A DNA stretch of 64,000 nucleotides. It comes from Sphyrna mokarran. Lineage: Eukaryota. Each line of letters opens with the position of its first letter. Within the stretch, counting starts at the first letter, position 1. A program made the translations under genes and the position numbers. Under the pieces are notes generated by a model. It saw nothing but the letters and a program-made list of their open reading frames with translations. It made no database searches and was not told where the DNA came from. The stretch lies in contig JAGIQG010000020.1 in NCBI GenBank assembly GCA_024679065.1, positions 45,322,001 through 45,386,000 on the forward strand, read 5' to 3'. Positions 39,001 to 51,000 of the stretch are shown here, piece by piece.

Positions 39001-42000
39001 TTTTGTACAGTTGCAACATGACGTTGCGGCTCCGAAATTCAATCCCTCTACCAATAAAAGCCAAGACTCCATATGCCTTCCTGACAACCTTCTCGACCTG
39101 ACTGCCTACTTTCAGGGATCTATGCACATACACACCAAGATCCCTCTGTTCATCAAGACTACTAAGAATCCTACCATTAGCCCTATACTCTACACAGGAT
39201 AGATAGGAAGGAACTTTTCCCCTTAGTAGAAGGGTCAATAACCAGAGGGCGTACATTTAGGGTAAGGGGTGGGAGATGTAGAGGGGATTTAAGGAAAAAA
39301 ATCTTTCACCCAAAGGATGGTGGGAATCTAGAGTTCACTGCCTGAAAGGATGGTAGAGACAGGAACCCTCACAACATTTAAGAAGCATTTAGGTGAGCAG
39401 TTGAAACACCATAGCACACAAGGCTATGGACGAGTGTTGGAAAATAAGATTAAGTGCTTGATGGCCAGCACAGACACAATGGGCCTCTTTTTGTGCTGTA
39501 AAACTCTTCTGACTCAGAGTTGGGAGATTGATTGTGTACCTGAAGCTCTGTACTCAATTCATCACGTTCTTCCTGTGCCAACTGCAGCTGGGCTTGCAGA
39601 TCAGTCATTTGCTGGTGAACTCGAGAAATGTCTTTCTGTATCTGCACATGCTCATTCTGTGCTGATTTTTTGTCAGTCTGCAGTACAACCACATTTTGTT
39701 TCAATTCTTTCACCTCCGACTCCAGCTTTTTCTTTGCTAATTTCAACTCATTTATTAGTTGATCCTTTGAATTTGCATCACGTCGATATGCCTCCACCAT
39801 CACCTGAAAGATAACGCCATTAACAGCATAATCAACTTGAGAACAATCAGCACTCTATTCCATTATTACCAGTCCTTTGATTACTATCATTACTTCAATC
39901 TATGTAAATATATAAACACTACAAACTTCAAGTGACTGGGCTACAAGCTGCAAATTTCAGGAACATATACCTTCTGTTGAACAAGCTGTTCTTTCAGCTT
40001 CTGGGTTTGTTTCTTAAAGTTGGTATTCTCCTGTTGCATATTTTCTATCTATAAAAAGACAAATAAATTGTAATGTAAACTGATTCACACAGAAAAAAAC
40101 TGATGCTCAATAGTAATTACTGCATGATGTGTTTTACAACAATCTTCCAAAAGATATTTCTTTATGGTTATGCTAAAATATCAGTGGCATAGTGGACAGC
40201 AAAGATGGTTATTAGGATTGCAACCGGATCTTGATCAGATTGGGTCAGTGGGCTGATAAATGGCACATGCAGTTTTATTTAGATAAATGTGGGTGATGCA
40301 TTTTGGTAGATCGAACCAGGGCAGGACTTAATCAGTTACTGGTAGAGTGTTAAGGAGTGTTACAGGACAAAGAGATCTAGGGGTACAGGTTCATAGCTCC
40401 TTGAAAGTGGAGTCACAGGTGGACAGAGTGGTGAAGAAGGCATGCAGCATACTTGATTTTATTGGTCAGAACACTGAATACAGGAGTTGGGATGTCTTGT
40501 TGAAGTCATACAAGACATTGATTGGTAAGGCCACACTTGGAATACTGTGTACAGTTCTCGTCCCCTATTATAGAAAGGATATTATTAAACTAAAAAGAAC
40601 GTAGAGAAGATTTACTAAGATGCTACCAGGACTTGATGGTTTGAGTTATAATGAGAGGCTGGGACTTTTTTCTCTGGAGCACAGAAGATCAAAGGGGTGA
40701 TCTTATAAAGGTCTATAAAATAATGAAGGACACAGATCAGCTAGATAGTCAACATCTTTTCCCAAAGACAGGGGAATCTGAAACTAGAGGACGTAGGTTT
40801 AAGATGAAAGGGGAGAGATACAAAAGAATCCAAGAGGGGCAATTTTTTCACATAGAGGGCAGTGATTGTCTGGAACAACCTGCCAGAGGTAGTAGTAGAG
40901 GTGGGCTCAATTTTGTCTTTTAAAAAGCGTTTAGACAGTAACATGGGTAAGATGGGTACAGAGGGATATGGGCCAAATGCAGGCAATTGGGACTAGCTTA
41001 GTGGTTAAAAGGGCAGTGTAGATGAGTTGGGTTGAAGGGTCTGTTTCCATGCTGTAAATCTCATGACTCTATGCCAGTTCCTGCATAAATATCTGCCTCA
41101 TTTTAAGTGCTCTCATGACTGATCTCTAATGTTGCTTTTTACTGTTTTTAGCCGATCCATGGAGCATGCATTATGTACCCTAAAATTCATCCAAAAACAG
41201 CTTATTGGCTTGATAAATAAAATTATTTTCCTTAAAACTTTTTATGCACTCAAGTTGAGGGGCATTATTATTGGGAAATTAAACTCATCACATCTCAGGC
41301 ACCCAAGTTTGGTGATATCCAAGCGCAGACAAGTTAAACTCTCATACCTGATCCCATGACTGCATCGGTATGATCTCTGATTTCTTATGGCTCGCTTTCA
41401 ATTCCTCCACCAGTCACCCGGAGGCCCCTGATACTAATCAGTGCTAAACTGATGGGTATTATGATCTGCAGATAGACACTTCTGAAGGACTGGATTAAGC
41501 CCACCATGGATTAATGTTACATAGGAGCTATTAAGCAATGATCATAGGAAACTATCAGTACAACAGCCTGGACTGTATCTAAAGTTAAAAGTTCCAGAGG
41601 AGAAAGACCAGTGTGCCAATCCACTTCCCATTCGCTAGTAAGAATTAACATAAAAGTTACTTAATAGTTCGATCATTTCACTATTGTGGAGATTTTATCC
41701 TGATTGCCTTTCTGGGCCAATGTGTTTTTTAAAATGTGGTTGTAGACAATTTTTTAAATATAATTTATTATAATCCCTCTTTGCCTCCTTACTTGCTTTA
41801 AAGTCTCTCCTAGTCTACCTCGTCATGCTCTCCTCTACTGTCCATGTGCCTGTTTCCTCACCCTCAATTTTTCCCTCATGTCTTTCTTCATTTATGATGC
41901 CTGATTATGTTTAATTCATTCCTGTTTCTTAGCAGAATTCTTTTTCTCCTGAGCACCATTTTAAGTGATTCCCATTGCTGTTCTGTATCACTGTTTCCCA

Positions 42001-45000
42001 ATGTAGTTGTTGATTTTCTCAAGTCCTATTTTCTAAGTAGCCTACGTGATTGAAAGAATGATCTTACTGTGCATCAGAGTTACACCCTTATGGGTCACAA
42101 CATGCAACATATTGAATATTCTTTTTAAATTTTAAAAAAATATAATGATATTTTCCTTATTTTTTTCAAGCACTGTGTTCTAGTGAAGTTAAATTCCAAT
42201 TACCAGCCCAGTCTTAACAGCAACTTCCTGCCGCAATTGTTCTAGAATATCAGAAACCATCTCTGTGTCTTCCTCAAGCTTCTTAGTTCCCTCCTCCAGT
42301 ACAATCTTTTCTGTCTTTCCAGCTTGCAATGCTACTTCCAGCACAATCTTCTCATTCTTTAAGAACTGGATTGCTTCATCTTTGGCATTTGCTTCAGTCT
42401 GGATCTCTGCTAGACAGGTCGCCAGCTCATCGTAACGCGCCTGCAGTTCATTCAAGGATTGGTCCTTGGTGTGTAAAGACTCTTGGGAGGCCGTCAGCTG
42501 CTTCAGCAACTCTAACTGTTCCTGCTCCAAAGCTTCTAACTGGAGCTCTCGCTGGTGTAAGGTTAAGCTAACCTGAAAAGGAGACACATTTTAAATACAT
42601 CCATCAGCTGCAGTCACAATACAGTCAACAGTACAGTTAAGCCATTTCAGAAGAGAACATTGACAAACAAGGGAACAGTACTTTACATTTAAGAAAAGAT
42701 AAGAAAGGTGTTCAGATTCATCAGCATGTCGGTTGTATTTCCTCTACAGCTCTCCTGGGCAAAATCATTAGAATCTGAAAGAGTTGGATAAAGTAATGGA
42801 GGAAATATTGGTTCAGTTTCCTTATACGTGACCTGGTGACCATGATCACAGGAAGCTGCCAAGTTAACAGCAGGAACACTCCCGCCCAAGTCTGAGATTC
42901 CAAACTCCGCTGCAAACCCAAGTGCACAGTCCCAGAGCTGACATAGAGCTGAAGTAGTACTGCATTGTTTTTCAGTATTGCCTTTCAGCAGAGACATTTA
43001 AAACTTAGGCTTTGTCTGCCTGTTCAAACAGCTTATGAGATGCAAAAGACTGCATGGCTCAGAGAAAGGCAAGAAATTCTTCTGGTATCTTGTCCCAACA
43101 TTCCTCCCTCAACCAAAATCACTGAATTGTTCATTTCTGTATTGTCAAACTGTGCTGTGAGCAAATACCTACGTTTCCACAACTGTAAAACAAAAAGGAA
43201 AACAAACTTGGGGTGGAACATTTTGTAATGTTCAGAGGATGCAGTCACAAAGTTGCCAAATAAATTAAAGTTGCTCACTCTTTTTTCCTCTTTGTACAAG
43301 AGATATTCTCAACTTCTTTCCTCTTATCTGAGGCCACATAGGATGTAAAGAGTTATAATGGGGCAGGCAAAAAAGCTATTAGAGCAGGCTTGAAGGGCCA
43401 AAAGGCCTACTCCTATTCTTTATGTATGTCATCAGCTTACTAACATAAGAACATGGTGGCACCATGGTTAGCACTGCTGCCCCTCAGCACTAGTGTCCCA
43501 GGTTCAATTCTGACCTTGGGTGATCTGTGTGGAGTTTGCACGTTCTTCCCAGAACCATATTGGTGTTCTCCACGCGCTCTGGTTTCCTCTCAGTCCGCAG
43601 ATATGCAGGATAAGAGGACTGGCCATGCTAAATTGACACTTAGTATCCCAAGATGTAAAGGGTTACATGGAAAAAGTCTGGGTGGGATGCTTTGTTGAAA
43701 AGTCAGTGCAGACTCGATGGGCTGAATGGTCTCCTTCTGCACTGTAGGGATTTTATGTTTCTATGACTCGTTTCAAGTCCCTTTTTGAACTCCAAACAGT
43801 CATTTGGAACATTTTCAAAACAAAACTACTTCTACAAAACCAGGGCCCCTCACCTGTTCAAGCTGTCTCTCCAATGCTGTAGCTGAATTAGCCAGTTTCT
43901 GAAGATGCTCACGCTCTTCCTCAAACTCTTCAAGTTTCCGTGACAAATCATCTTCCACCATTGCCTTAGCCTCTTGGATCTGTTGGAAAGCTTTTTCTTG
44001 ATCCAACATATCAACCTGTCATAAAAAGGTCATCTTCAAATAGTAAAATATTGCAGTGCTTGTGAACCCACAATGCTGTGTTTGGCATGGAAGTGTTTTT
44101 TTTAAAAATCAAGAGATTCAAGTACAACTCATCAGTGAACTGATTAAACCCAGATTCCTTCAAACCACAATGTTCTCTAACAAAAAAAAAGTTTCTGCAA
44201 TCCATTCTCTAACACTGTACTACAGACTACATGTAGGACTGATGAATCCTAATTATTGTAGTTTTTAGCTGATCAACTGTCCTACTCATTTGATATATGG
44301 ATACAGTCACTAAATTTTATCTTATATCAAAATTAATAGAATCAATTCTATAAAGTGATTATAAGTGCCCTCATTCTTCTTGGGTGGGTTGGTAGCACAG
44401 TGGTTAGCACTGCTGCTTCACAGCTCCAGGGACCTGGGTTCAATTTCTGGCTCAGGTCACTGTCTGTGTGGAGTTTACACATTGTCCTAGTGTCTGCATC
44501 AGTTTCCTCTGGGTGCTCCAGTTTCCTCCCACGTCCAAAGTGCGAGTTAGGTTGACTGACCATGCTAAAAAATATTGCCCCTTAGTGTCCTGAGATGATA
44601 GATTAGAAGGATTAGCAGGTAAAATATATAGAAATATGCGAGTAGGGCCTGGATGGGATTGTGGTTGGTGCAGACTCAATGGGCCGAATGGCCTCTTTCT
44701 GCACTGTAGGTTTCTATGATTCTTCAAGTGGACGTATTAAAATGTAAACAGGATACACTAACTTATTCAGTGATAAGCTGGTGTGACAGACATGATAGTA
44801 ATCCCATATTAGTGACCCCACAGGGCATTACCTGGCAAACAGGGTTAGGCAAATGGTTTTTAATGGGTTTTACATTTTAAACAGAAGACACTGTTTTACA
44901 ATGGTAGGTACAATATTATTCTACTGTCAACATAGTTGTTTTGATATGACACTAATATTTTCTGTTCTGGCTAAGAAAAACCAGAATCAAAATTGAAATT

Positions 45001-48000
45001 TGAAATAGCTGCCATCAGTCACAAAAATTAGCACAATTAACTGATTGTGTTTAATTTTCACCTCAATATTTTGGAGGTGCATTGCAATGCGCTCCTTCTC
45101 TTTAATGGATTTCTGTTGAGTGTCTGTAAGATGTTGAGACAGAGATACATTCTCAATCTTCAGATGTTCTAGCATTGCTACTTGGGCCATGTGTCCAGCC
45201 TGTGAATAAAACAAAATTATATCCAATCATCCTGAAATATTATAACTGCAGAACCACCAAACTTTGCATGGAACAATAGCTTTAAATGTACAATATGTTA
45301 GAATGTAACAGGTGATAACATTGGATACGTTGTAATGTGACCAATGGTAACAAGCTACGGTTCAGCTGACCCAGTAAACCATGTAACCAATGACAGAATG
45401 ATGTGATGATCAGCTGACTCAGTATAAATTAGAACATGTTGGGGATTATGGAGAGCTTGGAATGGCCCAGGGTGAGGCCTCAAATTTGGAGTTACAAAGT
45501 TTGTTTATTAAACGTTTTTTTTTGATAAGTTGGAGTAAGTTTTGTTGTATTTTTATTGTCTATATTTGAATCGTTCTTTCTGAATGAACACATTATACTA
45601 CCCCTGAGCTTGATTTCACCGCAAAGTGTAGTTTATCTCAGAGAAATTATTTCTGAGAGACTCTAAGTTCCGTACAAATTAATAGACAGCTCAAGGGAAA
45701 TCATAGTAACCAAATGTTAAAGTACAAAATCCACGTGATCCACTTTGAAAAGTAATTGAATCTGGATGAACTCCAAACTAAACCTGGAATACAAAAGGAG
45801 CTAAACTTGATTGATTTGGACAAGGGGGAACATGGACATCTCCAAAGGCTGTAAAAAAAAAAATCTATTCTGGTGCCTTACCTGCACATTTGCCATTTCA
45901 CTTTGTAACCGAACTCTTGCTTCTTGTGCCAGTGTCAGTTGTTCCTGGTACCACTGCCGAACCTGCTGCAGAGAAGTTATTTCAGACTGGGATGCCTTTA
46001 GCTGGCTTGTCAGAGTGGCACGATCCAATTGAACCTGCTGAAGTTGGCTCTGTAGGACTGTCATTTGTTGCTGAATTGCATGGACTGCAGAAAATAAAAT
46101 AAAATCACTTTAGAATAACTACCTGTGAGTTAGTTCTCTATATTTAATTAATTTTTCTTCTAAGCAACGGTCAGGAACACAGAATTGGGCAGCATGTAGC
46201 CCAATGGTTAACATTGCTGCCTCACAGTAACATATGACTCCCAGCTTGGGTCAATGTCTGTGCGGAATTTGTACATTCTCCCTATGTCTGCATGGGTTTC
46301 CTCCCACAGTCTGAAAGATATGCTGGTTAGATGCATTGACCTGAACAGCACTGGAGTATGGCGACTAGGGGAATTTCACAGTAACTTCACTGCATCGTTA
46401 ATGCAAGCCTTAGTTGTGTCTAATAAATAAACTTTACTTTTTAGAATTGGGCTAGACAAGATCAAAGAAAGCAACTACATCTTTCAAGGCCAACTGATGG
46501 GACTGCAGTAAATTATTTAATCAATGTAACACTAATCATTTGTGTGACTATCAAAATCTCATGTATCCAAATATCACTTGGTGAAGATAATCATTATGTA
46601 TTATTCAAAAGGAACTATTATGTCTAAAAAGTAATACTAATCAAACAAACAGATTGTAGAAATTAAGATACTAACAAATATGTAACTAGTAATGAAATTA
46701 TACTTTGGCAATTCTAAAAGACCAGTTTCCTTGTAAAAAAAAATCACAAAAATATTTGCAATGCTTTAAATAAATGTAAAAATAAAATATTCAATTTTCA
46801 AATCAGCTATCTAAGGCTCAATATGTCATTACAGGATAGTGAATCTCTGGAATTCTCTGCCCACTGAAGTGGTAGAGGCTACCTCGTTGAATATGTTTCA
46901 TCGCAGGTAGATAGATTTCTGATTTATTAAGGACTTAAGGGTTATGGGGAGCAGATGGGTAAGTGGAACTGATCCACTTCAGATCAGCCAAGTTCTTACT
47001 GAAGAGCGGGGCAGGCTCGAGGGGCTAGATGGCCTACTCCTGCTCCTATTTCTTATGTTCTTATACAAAGCTAAGTAACCCAAAACAACAGTTAAAACTA
47101 GCTTCAAAATTCAGCAGAATCCCAGCTAGTATTCTCAATGACCTTGCATCATTTGTCACATACATATTATGAAGTCATTATATTTAAAATAATTCAGAAG
47201 ACAGAATGAATTGTCTCTTGGAAAACAGACTGAATCAATTAAAAATGCTATGACTAGAAACTTGCATTTTTTTTATTCCTCATGGGCTGTGGGCATCACT
47301 GGCCAGCATTTGTTGCACAACCCTAACCGCCTTTGAACTGAATTGAGGGTGATTTAGCTAATTGGATTAGGAATTGGCTAGCAGATAGAAGACAGAGGGT
47401 GGTGGTTGATGGAAGATATTCATCGTAGAGTTCAGTTACAAGTAGAGTACCTCAGGGATCTGTTTTGGGGCCCCTGCTGTTTGTAATTTTTATAAATGAT
47501 CTGGATGAGGGTATTGAGGGATGGATCAGTAAATTTGCAGATGACACTAAAGTCGGTGGAGTGGTAGATAGTGAAGAGGGGTTTTATAGTTTACAGAGTG
47601 ACTTGGACAAGTTGCAGAGCTGGGCCGAGAGGTGGCAAATGGCGTTTAATGTGGAAAAGTGTGAGGTAATGCACTTTGGCAGGAACAATAAATGTGTAGA
47701 GTATAGGGCTAATGGTAGGGCTCTTAATAGTGTTGAGGAACAGAAGGATCTTGGTGTATGTGTCAATAGATCCCTGAAAGTAGGCAGTCAAGTGGATAAA
47801 GTTGTTAAGAAGGCTTATGGAGTCTTAGCTTTTACTGGTAGGGGGATTGAATTTAGGAGCCGCAGCATCATGTTGCAGCTGTACAAAACTCTAGTGCGGC
47901 CGTACTTGGAGTATTGTGTGCAGTTCTGGTCGCCACATTATAAGAAAGATGTGGAGGCATTGGAGAGGGTACAGAGGAGGTTTACCAGGATGTTGCCTGG

Positions 48001-51000
48001 TATGGAGGGCAGGTCTTATGAGGAGAGGCTGAGGGATTTGAGGTTGTTTCGTTAGAAAGGAGGAGGCTAAGAGGGGACCTGATCGAAACACATAAGATGA
48101 TTAGAGGTTTAGATAGGGTGGACAGTGATAGCCTTTTTCCTAGGATGGAGAAAGCTAGCACGAGGGGACACAGATTTAAATTAAGGGGTGGTGGTTTTAG
48201 GACAGATGTCAGAGGTAGGTTCTTTACCCAGAGGGTGGTAAGGGTATGGAATGCCCTGCCTGCTGCAGTTGTAGATGCGCCAAGTTTGGGGCGTTTAAGA
48301 GGTTAGTAGATAAGTTTATGGACGAAAAGGGAATGGTTTAGGTTAGAGGGTCATTGCTTTTTCCTAATTGGTCGGCGCAACATCGAAGGCCGAAGGGCCT
48401 GTTCTGCGCTGTAATGTTCTATGTTCTATGAATGTCAGTTTCAGAGAACATTTATGAGTCAACCACATTGTTGAGAGTCCAGAGTCACACGTAGGCCAGA
48501 CTGGGTAAGAATGGCAGATCTCCTGCCCGAAAAGAAAACAATCAACAATAGTTTTGCGGTCATCATCTGACTTTTTAATTCCAGATTTGTATTAATTTCA
48601 AATACCACCTCTGCTGTGGTCGCATTCAAACCCAGATCCTCAGAGCTGGGTTTACTACTTACTAGCCCAGTGACAATACCACTACTTTCCCTGGTGAGTG
48701 TCTTGGAGGGAAACATTCAGTTAGCAGTGTCCTCATTTGTCTGCTGCTCTTGTCCTTCTGGATGGTAATGGTCATGAGTTTGGAAGGTGCTGTCTAAAGA
48801 GGCCTGGTGAGTTCCTGCAATGCATCTTGTAGATGGTAAACATGGTTGCCACTTTGCACCCCTGGGGTGAAGGGAGTGAATGTTTATTGATTGCCAATCA
48901 AGCAGGATGTGTTATTCTGGATGACATTAAGCTTCTTGAGTTTTGTTGGAGCTGCACTCATCTAGGAAGTGGAGAGTATTCCATCACACTCCTGATCTGT
49001 GCCTTGTAGATAGTGGACAGACTTTTGGGAGCCAAAAGATGAACTACTTACCACAAGATTCCTAACCTCTTACTAATTCTGATAGCCACAGTATTTATAT
49101 GACTGGTCCAATTCAGTTTCTGATCAGTGGTAACCCCCATGATGTTGTAGTGGGGGATTCAGCGACAGTAACGCCACTGAATGCCCACAGATAAAAGTTA
49201 GATCTCTGGTTGAGGTGGTCATTGTCTTACATTTGTGCGGCACAAATGTTACTTCCCACTTGTCTGCCCAAATCTGGATATTGTCCAGATCTTGCTGCAT
49301 TTGGGCACGAACTGCTTCAGTATCCAAGTCATCGGGATTAGTGCTGAATACTATTCACTGCACATCCCCATTTCTGACTTTATGATGGAAGGTCATTGAT
49401 GAAGCAGCTGAAGATGGTTGGGCCAAAGACACTATCCTGAAGAATTCCTACAGTGGCGTCCTAGAACTGAGATAATTGACCTCCAACCACCACAACCATC
49501 TTCCGTTGTGCCAGGGGTGACTCGACCCAACAAAGAGCTTCCCCCGCCACTCCGATTCCCATTGACTCCAGTTCTGCTAGGGCTCTATGATGCCTCAACA
49601 TTCAAACTATCCAATATGCATTAGCTGGCTGCGCAAAACACGAAGAAAACCTGAGCAACAGTAATCTGCAAACATTAATAAAATTGTTTTTTAGCAGAAG
49701 TTTAGGGTCTGGGGATTGCCAAATCAAGACATACCTGAATCATCTCTGTTAGAGAGTGCCTGCTGCATATCTGTGACTTTTCCCATCAGTCTCTGGTACT
49801 GCTCCTCAGACAACTGAAGATCATTGTTTAGTGCAGCTAAACTGGCATTTTTAGCCTCGAGATTGGTCTGCAGCTCAGTCATGGCCTGTTCCAAACTGGA
49901 ACATGTTTGTCGTAAGGTGCTTACTTCAGCATTCAGCATGCTTTGCTTTTGCTCACTGAGCACCTTCTGCTCATCCTGTGCCTGTAGTTGTGCATTTAAA
50001 GCTGCTAACTGGGCCTGCAATTCCGTCTTCTCTTTCAAACCCTTAGAATTTAAAAAGAATGGTAATAAAGACCATTTTTGCATTTACTAAGAATTGATTA
50101 TGCTTTTTTCCAATTGTTTTAACATTGATGTCAGAATACCTGAAACTGAGCGTGTAAAATTATTTGAAAGAAAAATTACACAAACTCCATTCACATGGAC
50201 ACTAAGAACTTAGAACTGTCAACCAGTCACTGTGATAGTGAGTTCCACATTCTCAACACTCGCTGGGTAAAGAGGTTTCTCCTGAAATCCCTATTGGATT
50301 ATTGATCCCCTTCATAATCTTAAAGAACTTGACAGTTTCAGAAATTCAAAACAGATTTAAAAGCTATATAATCAAATGAGTAATAACTTGAATTTTTATT
50401 TTTTCCTCTGGGAGCTATAAAGAGGAGGACTACTTCCAAAAAGATTTCTATGTTACCATGAGCTGTAAATAGTTTACAGAACTTGGATTTTACCAGGAGA
50501 ACATTGTATATCAAAAACTAACTCTCTCCATCCCACCCTCTTACACAAATTGTAAGGGGGAATGTTTTTTCTTTGTAAATCAAACACAAGGTATAATGTT
50601 ACATCTGCAGTGCAATGGGCTCTCTCAATTTAAAGAAAAGATGCAGAAACTTAAAGTGGTTTCCAAGTGATCCTTTCATCAATGTATAGATGGTCCAACA
50701 GTAGATCTGGTGGATTTAAGTCTAGCTTTGTCTTGTGGTTCAACTGGCTTACATAGATTAAAAACACACCAAAGATGTACTCATGAGTATAGACCAACCA
50801 GAGACAGTGTTTGAAGCCAACTGAATCCAAGTCTTCCATATTTCTACTATTTACTGTAGTGTTAAATGTCAGGTCGTTCTATTCCCTCTGATGGCAAGCG
50901 CAGGGTAATGAAAGAATAATATTTTTCACCTCATTAGCTTCAGAAGTCAGAGCTTCCAATTGTCCCTCAAGTCGCATTTTTTCTTTAAGAATTTGCATGA

